This document shows, piece after piece, positions 13,260-24,900 of a stretch of 64,000 nt of DNA; within the stretch, counting starts at the first letter, position 1, and each line of letters opens with the position of its first letter. The notes below the pieces were generated by a model. The model worked only from the letters and a program-made list of their open reading frames with translations, did no database searches and was not told the origin of the DNA. This DNA is from Lama glama (Eukaryota). The stretch spans positions 67,520,001 through 67,584,000 of the forward strand of contig CM052817.1 of assembly GCA_028534125.1 (NCBI GenBank). The letters are read 5' to 3'. A program made the position numbers and the translations under genes.

Positions 13260-13720
13260 GAAAAGCGTGAAATTAACTTGACGCATTTTTACGGCGTTTC
13301 CTATCTTCTAGCTTCTCTCAGCCTTTCCAATCCAGAACGATTTGATTGGCTGTGTCAGGATCTCGCCATCCCTGGAGCTTCCCTCTCCTCTCTGTTCAGT
13401 GAGATTTGAGGGCTTCTGTGTGTGTGGAGCTTATTCTTCCTTAGTCCACAGGCCACCCAGCTGAAGGAGATGCTGATTTATTTGGCTTGCTATTTACCTT
13501 GGCAAGGCTTCAGTCTGTGCTCAGGGGTCACTCATCTTGGTGACTCATCTCTTTCAGGAGTATGCGTGTGTGTGAAAACAGCCAAAGATGAGTCAACTCA
13601 TTCAAGAAATCATTCGGCACGGCCCAAATGGTTTGCAAAGATTTTGAAAGAAAACGAAACTTGTGTAAGGCTGTATAGCACAGAGCAACTTATCAGCAAT
13701 CGGTTGCTAGTATAACGCCT
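13260..13720. promoter_or_regulatory. Candidate enhancer (AP-1 cluster)
   Basis: Unique sequence with TGACTCA 13541-13547, TGAGTCA 13589-13595, inverted CCAAT box near 13345 and an RFX-like GTTGCTAGTATAAC 13703-13716; motif evidence only. Confidence 0.4.
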
Positions 13721-14839
13721 ATAAACTTGCCAGGTTATTACAGACACATCTCAACCTGTGGGGATAAAGCTGAGATATCCCTTATTGTATCAATAAAGGA
13801 AGCATGTTTACATGATTTTAAAAACCCACAGAGAGAATTAATTGGAGGCAATTATGTTTAGACAGCGAGAGGCAGATGGCAATGAGACTGGGTGATGCCT
13901 ACTATAGATTTCATTTAGTGACTAATTGTTAAGTGTTGTAAGAAATGCCTGCACCAGTATATGCACTCCTCTCTTTATAAAAATCTAGGAAGACATTGCT
14001 ATCAATTCTGTTCATCTCCTGATACGATGATCATTCAAACAGTACATGTTATTCAAATAACGTGGTTGTGGAGAGATTTTGAAGTTCTGTCAGGAGAGCT
14101 TTGCAAAGGAAGGTATTGGCAATAATGAAGACGGATGATGCAAACAAAAATGTATAAACACAACAGACTGAAAATTCCACATTAGTCCATTATGTCATTA
14201 TTATTTAAAAGTTAATGATCAAAGCACATTTTGTGCATACTTAAAAGAAATAACTCTGTAGTAATTTTTAAAAGGTGCTTATTTAAAATTTCTTCTGCTG
14301 ATGACCATGTGCTTTTCCCAGAGCTGGCCGATTATCCTGGCTAGAACCTCGTCTACTGCCCTAAATAATTGCTCTCTTTTTCAAGGGGAAACGAAGTGTT
14401 TCTCACCCTGGACAAGACTTATGCTTCATTTGCCAATATGTGACACAAAACCAGATTGTCTGCATTAATGGATACTACACATGGATATGTCTATGGGTGA
14501 TGGGCTCTGATGGTACAGGTTTTATGAAGCATCATCCATTTATAGATTCTACCAAACATAAATAAAGGCCTTCTTGTTCCTGAAAGGAACGTAGACAGAA
14601 ATAATTAAAATGATTCAGGCTTACTTATTGGCAGTGACTTTCAAGGAAAGTTTAAAAAGACAACTGATAAACCCATAATTTAGGAAAATAGAATCAGCTT
14701 TCCATGAATTTTGAAACGATAAAAATACCAAAGAGATGGAGAGAAAACATGGAAGTGACAGAACCTTTGTGTGTTGGGATGGAAGGCTTAGATTTATTTG
14801 TCCTTTTCAAAAATAATTTAATGCTGAAAGAAACTCATA

Positions 14840-14960
14840 AGATAGGAATTTTCATCCTCATTGCACAAATGAGAAAACTGAAGATTGAGAATGTGTTACT
14901 TGATGAAAGTTGTGCAAATAGAATAAAATGGAACTAAGATTGAACCCAGTTCTAACAAAC
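14840..14960 (-). mobile_element. MIR core
   Basis: atcctcattgcacaaatgagaaaactgaag...gattgaacccagttct. Confidence 0.65.
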
Positions 14961-15097
14961 TCAGAACTTAATTCCTGTAAGTTTAGCCAAAGTACTTCAG
15001 AGAAGGTTATGCCTATGTTGGATTCTGAAGAAAGAATTAAAGCCTGTTTTATGAACAGGTGAACATTAGAGAAAGACTATTTTGGACAGAGGGTGAG

Positions 15098-15350
15098 TAA
15101 TCATAATAATAGCTATCATTTAAAGGATTTATGACGTGTTAGATAATTTAATGTACAAGGTATATAACTATCAAATTAACATACCTTACTTGGTTCTCAT
15201 AATGATCTGATGAAGTAGGTGATATTACATTCCTCTTAGAGAAGACAAGATGGAGCCCAAGAAAATGTTGAGTAACCTACCAGGTGTCTAACACATCGAA
15301 GCCTCGCTTGATATCAAATCCAAAGCATCTCTAAAGTCTCTGTTCTTTCC
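15098..15350 (-). mobile_element. MIR
   Basis: ataataatagctatcattt...ttctcataatgatctgatgaagtaggtgatatta...gagtaacctaccaggtgtc. Confidence 0.65.
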
Positions 15351-15399
15351 AAAGTCTCATGATCACCAGTGCACTGGATCAGGGTGGGTAGGAAGGAAA

Positions 15400-15800
15400 G
15401 TGGTGGAATTGAGCCTTTTGAGGTGAACAGACACAGGTCACAAAAAGATGTGTAAGCCAAGTGAGAGTGTTTATAACTTATTCTTGGTTGACAAGAAATC
15501 TTTGATAGGTATTAAATGAGGAAATGACATGATATTATTGGAGCTTGAAGATCATTATGGGTAAGGAGTAAATTGTAGAGACTCACTCAAATTGGGAAGC
15601 AGACAGGCCAATCAGTAAACTAGTTAAATTACCCAAAGCAATAAATAATGTCCATTCAGTTAAGTAACCATGGAATTGGAGTAGATAGGGATGATTCTAG
15701 GTATATCAAAGAGGTGGAAAATGGCGAGTATAGAGACCAATAGAGTTCCTTGCTAAGAATGGAGTCTATAATGATTCCCAGATCTCTGTTTGGGTACTGA
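15400..15800 (-). mobile_element. L2 internal fragment
   Basis: gaggaaatgacatgatatt...gaagatcatt; gatgattctaggtatat...gaggtggaaa; ggagtctataatgattcccagatctctg. Confidence 0.6.
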
Positions 15801-16044
15801 ATAAACCAAAGATACACTAGAGATTAACTCTACGGTCATGGAGAGGCTAATAAATGACATCTAACAAAGACCCAGTTATCAGGCTAGGTGCAAAAGTCAT
15901 GGTAAAGTTTTGTTGTAGTGAAGATTAGAAAATGCTACTGTTAGAATAAATGTGAAGAGCATATGAAAAATCAATTTGCATTCTGAATTACAAGTCAGGT
16001 GATTTCCGTATTTGAAAGCATTTTATTTGTTTTTACATTTAATT

Positions 16045-16180
16045 TTGTCTGTGCCGTATCCCTACAATGTAAACTCCTTGAGGGTAGGGATTTTATAATT
16101 CCTATTCCCACTCTAAACCCTGCATATAGAATAGTCCGTTGTATAGAGTAAGGACTCAATAAATATATATGCACGGAATG
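16045..16180 (+). mobile_element. L2 3' tail
   Basis: ctacaatgtaaactccttgagggtaggga...agtaaggactcaataaatat. Confidence 0.7.
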
Positions 16181-16959
16181 ACAGTCCAGTGAGTGTGGCT
16201 GAGATCCTGATTACAGGAACCCTCATAGTTTACATAGCATCTTCAGCTAGGTATTCATGTGGTATTTTGTTTCCTGCCCTGTCAAATCAGTGAAATTGGG
16301 GTTGTTTCTGACATTTTGAGAGGACAGAAATGAGAAATGTAATGACAAAACTCCCTGAACTCTGGCTCTATCTTCTTCCTCCAAATAATGAGCACCAAAT
16401 TAATTTTCGGATTAGACACTCTTAAAATTCCTGGGAAAATCAATAATACAAAGTGATAAGACTGAGGTTAGATGGCTGATTTATCGACTGATTTTCTTTT
16501 AATATTTCTGGCAAGAGATGGTCATTTCAAGACCAGTGATGACTACCTAATCTCTAACTCCTTTCCTTAATCTTTATTCTCCTTATTGCTGCATTTAACC
16601 TTGAGGACCACCCAGTATTGCCAGAGAAAGGTCTCAAACCTTCCAATACAATCAGTTCTATCAGGGCAGGACTGAGGGTAAAGATGAGATCAGGAACACT
16701 GAGTCTAGCATTTGCCTGTCAGGAAGAAGAGTCTCAGAGGCAGAAAATTAACAATGTTATTAACCCAAAGTCAGCACATCATTGAAAGAATTGGAATTTG
16801 GTGCAGGAGAGAAGCAGATCTTGCAAGGAAAGAGAGGATTAACTCTCAGAGCTTAACTCTTTCTTTTGCTCGGGTCCGTTTCAGCAGGAATCTTCCAGAA
16901 AAGCTTTTCATTCCTTGCATGCCCTTTCTCTTTTTTTTTTCTGTCTCCAGATTTTCCTT

Positions 16960-17470
16960 ATTCCATTCCTGATCTTTGATAGTCCTCTAAGGTTTATTCC
17001 CATCCCTTGCACTCCTCCCTGGAAAATCTTATATGTGCTCTCAACAGTTTCAGGCATATTCCAGGTACAATGCTATTTATAGCAAAGTGCCTCTTTCTCT
17101 CCATGTCGATCTTTTCTTGAATCCCTGTTTCAGAGCATTAACTGCAAACAAAACATCTCCAGTTAGAAACCCTTTTGAATTACAAATTCACCAGTATTAA
17201 AAAAATATTTCCCCCTGTATTTTTTTAACACAGTCCCATCGTTACTATCGACATCTGAGGGTTCCTTGCCTTGTGTTCAGATTACTGCAATGCATTCCCA
17301 TCTGGTAATTCTTCCTTTAATCTCTTCCACTTCAAATCCAACTGATATCTAACTTTGAATTAAAGAGAACTCAAATTCCATTTTTATCATATTATTCCTC
17401 TGACTTAAAAGGAAAAAAGCTTAATTAGCTTTCCATCATAATGAAGTTTCTTAACCTAGTTTCTAGAGGA
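16960..17470 (+). mobile_element. L2 internal fragment
   Basis: Pyrimidine-rich L2 body motifs (gattactgcaatgcattcccatctggt; ttcaaatcca; tttatcatattattcctctgacttaaaa). Confidence 0.5.
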
Positions 17471-18010
17471 ACCCTTGTTTTGGGGGGCTTTTTTTGCTTG
17501 TTTGTTTTAGATTTCAAAAGCACTAACCAGAGACTGTATCAGCACTGGACGCTGTCAGCAGGCCCAACCCTGGGTCCTGCACTTAGAGATCCCACTTGGC
17601 CCTCCTCTGACCATGTCTCCCCACCAATTCCCCACCCTCTACCCTCAGCAAGTAAACTATAGGCCAGGTCAGGTACCCATGGAGAGTATTCATTCCCTAA
17701 TCTGAACCACGCTCCAGATACCTGTGCCCCTGAAAGTTTCTTCCCAAATAACCCAGGGCCTACTTCTGAGGCCTGTGCAGACCTCTTCCCTGAATCTGTC
17801 CTCCTGATGGAGTCACGAGGCAAATCTGTGTGTGTCTTTGTTGGAAGAGTGGCCAAGGAGTGGCCGTTTACAAAGGGCATAGATAAAGCTGGAATGTATA
17901 CGCTCCAGGGCCTCAGCCTGCAGGGTAAGGGATGGAGGTAGATACAGGAAGAGAAGGGGTATGAGCTGGAGGCCCACTGCTCTCCTGCTGTGAGCTAAAA
18001 TTCTAAGAAG

Positions 18011-18987
18011 GTTTTAATAGTTTTCAATGGCTGCATAAACAAACCACAAACTTAACAACTTAAAACAACACCAATTTATTATCTATGGTTTCGTAGGTCA
18101 GAAGTCCAAGTGGGCTCAGATGGGTTCTCCGCTTAGGGTTTCAGAAGGCCACAGATGTGGTGCTGGCTGGGCTAGAACCTTATAGAGGGTTTAGGGAAGA
18201 ATATGCTTCCACACTCACTCAGGTTTTAGCAGAATTCAGTTCCCCATGGTTGTAGGACTGAGGTCCCCGTTCTCTTCTGACTGCCATTCAAGGGCCTCTC
18301 TCTCAGTTCCTTAAGGCCACCTGCATTCCTCCTCACATGGCCTTCAGACCAGCAATGGTTCATGGAGTCTTCACTTTTTCTTTCAATTCAGCCAGCAGAC
18401 GGAGAAAGTTCCATGCCTTTAATGGCTCGTGCGATTACTGTGGCCCACCAAGAAAATCCAAAGTAACAGTGCTGTTTTAAAGGCAGCTGTGCCCTACAAA
18501 CTTACCGGAAAAGTGGTGCCTCATCATATTTACGGGTTCTAGAAATTAGGGCCAGACACGTTTGGGAGCTGAATTAGTGCTCGGGCTGCTATGGCTAAGC
18601 ACCACACACTGGGGACTAAAACTCCAGGGATGCATTTTCCCACAGTTACAGAGGCTGAGAGTCTGGGGTCAAGGTGTCAGCAGGGTCGGTTTCTTCAAAT
18701 GCCTTTCCATGGACTTGGAGATGACTGCCCGCCCCTGTGTCTTCACCGTCTTCTCTTTTTACACATCTGTGTCCTGATTGCCTCTTCTTATGAGAGCACC
18801 AGTCATGTTGGACTAGAGCCCATGCACAGCACCTCAGTGTACCTTAATCACCTCTTTGAAGACCCTGTCTCCAAATACAGTTACTTTCTGAGATACAGGG
18901 GGTTAGGGCTTCAACCTATGGGTTTTGAGGGGACATGATTCAACTCATAATAGGGCCTATGCTACTTTTGGAAATCTGCCTACCACA
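18011..18987 (-). mobile_element. MaLR solo LTR (MLT1E/MLT1D-like), interrupted at 18570-18952
   Basis: cttaaaacaacaccaatttattatc...gtaggtcagaagtcc; gcagaattcagttcccc...gttgtaggactgaggtcccc; ends ctgcctaccaca; flanks agaag/agaat. Confidence 0.85.
18570..18952 (-). mobile_element. MaLR solo LTR (MLT1B-like)
   Basis: tgaattagtgctcgggctgc...tcaaggtgtcagcagggtcggtttcttc...ctcttcttatgagagcaccagtcatgttgga...tctccaaatacagttactttctgag...attcaactcataata. Confidence 0.85.
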
Positions 18988-19501
18988 AGAATTCTAAATG
19001 TGAACCTGGCCTCGAAGGTTTCTATGAAGGCATCTTTGTCAATGTAGGAGGACAGAACATATACTATTTAACAGTTTTCCGACTTTACTATTTAAGTATG
19101 TAGATATACAGTATGTAGGTCTTCTATTGTATTCCTGCTCCAATGCTGCAAATCTAGCGGACGGGCCTGGACAGAGAGGTTAGGAATCGGATGGGAAATG
19201 AACAGAGCTGGAGGCTGCCTTTCCATGAAAAGCAACTGTGGCAGCAGCAGCCACACTGGAGTCTAGGAGTGAAGTCTAAGGGTCTACTGATACAGCTAAG
19301 CTTATGGCTGAGGAGTAAAACCTCTTTTCCTTAACCTGTCATTATGAAGCATACCTACTGCCCATCAGGCATTCTGTGCTCATCCCTGTAAGATGGAACG
19401 CTGTGCTCAGCCTCTTTCCCCGCTCCCAGTCCCTGCTACGTACCATGCCCCTAAGCACTCTGATTGCTTTGTTCCCTCCTGCAGAGCTGAGACTGTCCAA
19501 C

Positions 19502-19871
19502 TGTCTCAGTCCACTGGGGCTGCTGTAATGGGTGGCTTATAAACCAGCAAGACTGGGTAACTTATCAACACCAAAACTTTATTTCCCACAGTTTTGGAGG
19601 CTGGAAAGTCCAAAATTAAGGCTCTGGAAGATTCAGTGTCTGGTGAGAGTCTGCTTTCTAGATAATATATAGCTGTCTTTTCTGTTTCCACGCCTGGCAG
19701 AAGAGACCAGAGCGCTCTCTGGGGTCTGTTATACAGGGACTGATCACATGCATGAGGGCTCTGCCCTTATGACCTAATCACCTTCCAAATGCTCCACCTC
19801 CAAGTACCATCCCATTGGGGATCAGGTCTCAACATACGTATTCAGGGAATACAAACTATTCCAAGATGACA
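19502..19871 (-). mobile_element. MaLR solo LTR (MLT1A/A0-like) with perfect 5-bp TSD
   Basis: TG...CA ends; CCAAC at 19497-19501 and 19872-19876; cacagttttggaggctggaaagtccaa, catgagggctctgcccttatgacctaatcacct. Confidence 0.9.
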
Positions 19872-20116
19872 CCAACCTTCTATACACATCTACTCCTCTC
19901 TCTCAACTTTCAAGACACGTTCTTGCCTGCCTCAGCCATTTGGAACTCAGCATTTATAATATTATACAACCTTTTAAACATTTTTAGGTCATAACCAAAA
20001 CACAGTATCTCTTCTAGATTGTGATCTTGTTGAGTTCAAGTACCGTGGCTTCCAAATCTCCCCTAGTGTAGGGGGAATGCACCCAACTTGTTAAACACTC
20101 AGATGAAATGAAGCAA

Positions 20117-20367
20117 GATTATTTTCCCAACTTTTGTTCCTTATGGATGCTACATGAAAACTGATTTGGTGTTAAAATAAGTATGGGGGGTGGTTTTTAC
20201 AAGGTTAAAACATGTCTCTTTAAGACATCTCAGAGTGTTTAATATACTACATATATAGTTAATATCTAAAAGAGAATAATAATGAAGAGTTTAGCAAATT
20301 AACTGACCTTTTACTTCACAAGCATGTTATGCAACCAGTGTTCTGGAATACACTTTTGAAAAGGCTG
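20117..20367. mobile_element. MER112-like hAT-Charlie MITE
   Basis: ttttcccaacttttgttcc...tctcagagtgtttaatatact...ccagtgttctggaatacacttttgaaaaggctg; imperfect terminal inverted repeats. Confidence 0.6.
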
Positions 20368-21770
20368 GCTTAAGAGTTAGTCCTCACCTAACTCTCTTTC
20401 CAAATATATAATATTATTTATATGCAGCATATCAAATAATTCTGAGTATCTATATGTGTTCAAAAGTCTAGTCTGACCATCCTCAGCCCAACTACGGGCA
20501 ATTGTTCAGGCTATATGAAAACTCCTATGTGATATGCAAATTTCCTGCTCACTCAAAGTCGGCAGGAGTAAAAGTTCAGGTCTTCTCCACAAAGTTTGGT
20601 GATGGACTGAACTTCATGTCCTTTGAGAAGAGATCCAAAGTAAGCAGCTTGATGTCAAAGCATGAAATATTAAGATTCCTGTTATTAACTGGGATGTGCT
20701 AAGGAGGGAGAACAGAGGATCTCTGGCTCTGGAGGGCATTTACCATTTCATTACCACAAGTGGTTCTGACGTCTGTGAGGTTGAGCTTTTCAGCCCCTCT
20801 TAGACTGTAAGCACCGTGCAGAGGGACACAGCAGTTTTCCAGTTTTACAGAGTTTCTTAAGGGTGTATTTTTCACAAATGTTAATGGTAACAAGGAGCAG
20901 AATGATTTTCCCTCATAGAGATGTTGCTAAAATTAATAACAGACAGTCTGATAATTACTTTGAGCCTCTTTGGGGGAAACCATGTAACAAAAATACCTTT
21001 ATATAATAATGCCTTTGTCTACCTACCTAAGCACTTGTATACTAGATGGTCTTAAATATACAGTGAGGCAATAACCTCTTTGAGATGCAGATGGATAAAG
21101 TTCATGATCAGAATGAGTGTCTCAACATTCAGAAGCTAGGTCCAGTGGGTAAACCTTTGGCTAAGTAGCCTGCTTTTATTGTTTACAAATATCAAAGTGA
21201 TCTAAGCTTTAGGAAGCAACTTCCAGAGTCAAACAAAACTGGCAGTCCCAGAACCACTCCCCTGTTATCTTAGCTGACCTGCAGGGAGCTATGATGTGGA
21301 AAACTTTATCTAATTCGTAATAATACTGTGGAACAGAATTTTCCATTAGTACTCTCATACATTGTATTTTCCTCAAATACTTTCACTTTTTTTCTAATTG
21401 AATTTCTGGCTTTTGAAGCCAGAGTTTCTTTTATCAATACCGTTATTAGCATTTGCATTCCTATTTTTAACTCCCATTTCAAGGCATGCCTTGAAAACAT
21501 TTTGTTGAAAGCATTATTTGCCATGTTTAGAGTGTTGTAGTTCAGCAAAATTGAAAAATACCTCTACTGCATTAGTAACATAAGAACAAAAACGTATTTT
21601 ATCACTTTGAGTATGTAAACACACAGAGAACAGAAAATCAAATAATAGAACTAAGAGGACACATCGTCTAATGGACTCAGCAGAGAATTAAGAGCCCCAA
21701 TACCTGGATTCCAACCTTGGCTCCAATACAGTGTCCTATGTCCTTGAGTATTTTCCTTTATCTTTGTGGG

Positions 21771-21830
21771 GAAAAAAAAAAGAACCAAAAAAAAAAAAAA
21801 AAGCAAAACATAAAAAACCCCAAAAAAATT
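21771..21830 (+). repeat. A-rich low-complexity tract
   Basis: gaaaaaaaaaagaacc(a)16gcaaaacataaaaaaccccaaaaaaa. Confidence 0.8.
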
Positions 21831-23823
21831 CATTATAGTAGAAACAGGGGAAGGTGACTGGAAATGTAACAGATATTTGAGTACCATCTAAAGCAAGATT
21901 TTCACCTTACCCATGACTGTTATATTTCTCAGTTTGTGTCACACACTTGACACTGTCTCTGCTTATGCTGTTGTAATTCTAATTATTTTGTCTCTGTACC
22001 CTTTGATCTTGGATACTTCCTGGCCATAAATAAGCCATTTGAAAACCCTAATTCAAAGAGCCTTACCCCTCATTCTTGTTACCACAAGCATTTGCAGTTA
22101 AATAGTCTTGAAAGACACAACTAGTTCAGGAACCAGAGTAGGCATGCCTTGTGGTCTCAAGTTTCCACAAAGGTTTAACCAGGTTGAATATATTCTACTA
22201 CCCGCAATCACCAGGTGTGATGTTTGGACAGGAAACAGAATGCATGGCATCTCGCTGGCAACTTGTAAAAGCTTGTCATTTTAATTAATTAGAGACTATT
22301 TGTGTGAGGATTTACCCATCACCTCATGAAAAACAATGATCTCCTCATGTTAGCAAGCATCCCCAAACCCAATTTGAAGGCAATATACTATGTGCAGCTC
22401 TTCTGATTTTTCCAGCTTCTTACAAAATGTTTGGTACATATAAAGGGCTAAATGAGTGTTTGTTAAATTGACCTGAAGAAGTTTAAGATTCTCTTCATAA
22501 CTGTATGAGTAATAATATTTTCCCATGTACCACTTAGGGGAAAATTAATGGGTAAGGACTAGGATTCAGCTTCTTTACTGTCCACTTTCATTGGTGGGGC
22601 TGTTGCTGCTACATTAACCAGCAACCCACCAACTCTGCAACGTGCATGGACTGGACCACAGCCTGGACTCTACCCCAGCTGCTGTACCTAGATGCCCAAG
22701 ACGAATCATAGTGTGAGTCGCCTCCTCCTCTGACTCTTTCTCCTGTAAGACACTCCTCTTGAAGGTCTGACTTACTGAGGAAGATGTCCTCCTATCTTCC
22801 TACAATGGGCTTCTCAGACTTTCTTTGGGCGGCAGTAGAAAACTTCCCTCAGCTACTCCAACCCTTCTCTACCTTGTGAGTTAATACAACCAGCATGTCA
22901 CTGTTCCCCCCGCACCCCCTCACCCCGTGCTAAATGGTCAGACTGCCCCCTCACCCGGGGTCCTCCTGCAGCCACTGTGATCCTTTTGTTAGGAGACTCC
23001 CTGCAGGATGAAAGATAAACTTTCAGTAAACCACTCAGCTACTGCCCTAAAAGTAGCCTCTTATCTGAGTTTTTGCATAAAGACACCACCACATCTCTGG
23101 CAGATAAAATATGTACATACTTCCAAATTAAATCCTTTTTAAAATTCATGAGGTTCTTGAGGTTCTATATATAAACTGGAACTATTAGGGAAGAGACTTT
23201 CTTCCCAGAATATTCCTTTGTTGGACCTCTTTCCTTCCCTGTGTCACCCAAATGAGACAAAGGCAAAAATGCAGCTGTCTCCCAGGGAACTCAGTTTTAT
23301 CAAATGTGCAAGTGGAAAGCCCCACATAAACTTCCTTCCCCAGACAGAAAGGAGTGCGTGCTACACATTACTTTTAACAGGAAGTAAGTCTGTCTGGAGG
23401 TTAACTGCTGGGTACAGGCAGTGAAAATACGAGGGTTCTCCAGCCAGAGCAATGCCTTAGCCTTTGGCTGAGTCTAAGTCTCCCAGTGTACAGTGAGCTT
23501 GAGGACATGAGGAGAGGTTGCCATCTGGCACAGAGATGTCCCCCATCCAGCTCTGCAGCTGGTTGTCAGCTTCGGTGATGAAAAGTTGAGGGTAGAGGAA
23601 ACAAGAGCAGACAGGACCTCTAAGCTCAGCGGGTAAAGGGGAAGGATTTAAGAGAGACAGCATTTCACTAGGATAAACATTGATCTAGTGGACTTAAACC
23701 ATAAATCCTCTGTGGAAGAGCTTTGACATTTTTCCTTATACTCCACATTTTGATAAGTGAAGTCCTGTTTTCTTCTCAGGCTGGGGTCTAAGATAGAGAG
23801 ACAGGTAAGAAAGAAAACAAATG

Positions 23824-23960
23824 AGGGGGGATGGTATAGCTCAAGTGGTAGAGTGCATGCTTAGCACACACAAGGTCATGGGTTCAATTCCCAGTACCTC
23901 TTCTTAAAGTTAATAAGTAAGTAAGCCTAATTACCTCCCCCACAAAAAAAAATTAATTAA
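23824..23960 (+). mobile_element. tRNA-Ala-derived SINE (Vic-1-like, camelid) with 17-bp TSD
   Basis: Head ggtatagctcaagtggtagagtgcatgcttagcacacacaaggtcatgggttcaattcccagtacctc resembles tRNA-Ala(AGC) with A and B boxes; tail cctaattacctcccc plus A-run; TSD aagaaag(a/g)aaacaaatg at 23807-23823 and 23961-23977. Confidence 0.9.
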
Positions 23961-24156
23961 AAGAAAGGAAACAAATGGAATACATATGGTATAGGCTTTT
24001 CACTGAGGGACAATTGACTGCGCAAGCATTCTCAACGTGAGAATATGAATGATTAAGGTAAGAGTCCCACCTAGGAACCTGTAAGTACAGGCAGAGAAGT
24101 AAATGCATGTAAGGGGTACAGAGAATAAAACCTAGAGCTCACAAGCTGTTCATCTC

Positions 24157-24500
24157 ATTTTATGGACTGAATATCTGTGTGGCCCCCAAATTCCTATGTT
24201 GAAATTTTAACCCTCAATGTAATATGTCAAGGGGTGGGGCCTATGGGAGGTGATTAGGTCAGGAGGGTGGAGCCTTCATGAATGGGATTAGCGCCCTGAT
24301 AAAAAGAGGCCCCACTCCTTCTGACACCTGAGGACACAGTAAAAAGACTAGGAATAGGCACTGAGCTCTCACCAGATACAGAATCTGCCGGCATCTTGCT
24401 CTTGGCCTTCTCAGCCTCCAGAACGGTAAGAAATGAAGGCCATTGTCTGAGCTACTCAGTCTCCCGTATTTGTGTTATAGCAGCCCAGACAGACTAAGGT
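24157..24500 (+). mobile_element. MaLR solo LTR (MLT1A0-like)
   Basis: tatggactgaat...cccccaaattcctatgttgaa...gggaggtgattaggtcaggagggtggagccttcatgaatgggattag...tgttatagcagcccagacagactaag. Confidence 0.9.
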
Positions 24501-24900
24501 AGCACATGCGGACCAAGAGAAAGCTCCAGAGCCAGAAAGAAGCAGAAATTTGAAACCACTTATTCCATGCCATTTAACACACTCAAAACAAAAGAGTGAC
24601 ATAAAGCTAGAGATCTGACAAAAATTAAAAATGAACACTAACCACAGTATGACAGGCCACTGAAACACTGCACAAGGTTTCAGGTATATTATTAGGAGAA
24701 AGGGTATCAGAGACTCGGAAAGGGACAGAAATAGCAACAAAAAGATTAACAGTAACCATGTTTATAACTGTGAAGAGAGGGGAGGAAAATTGGCTTTCTG
24801 TTCATTAGAAAAAAAAGACGAGAAGGGATAATTACTGAGGTATCTGAAACTCTGATGAGTATTGAGAAGGAAGAGAGGAAATAGCTCAAAAGCAAAAAGA

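Larger units (their letters stand above)
17540..19169 (-). mobile_element. MER115-like hAT-Tip100 DNA transposon, split by an LTR nest at 18011-18987
   Basis: Reverse complement from 19169 reads caggcccgtcc...ctgttaaatagtatatgttctgtcctcctacattgacaaagatgccttcat...aggccaggttcacatttagaattc, matching the recalled MER115 start; 17540-18010 matches the GC-rich distal half (ggccctcctctgacc, gcagacctcttccctgaatctgtcctcctga). Confidence 0.75.

Noticed and set aside
23824..23900. Intact tRNA-Ala gene (also 41083-41155)
   Set aside because: Stems are mismatched, and the head continues into a shared SINE tail and A-run (with a clear TSD at the first copy), so these are SINE heads
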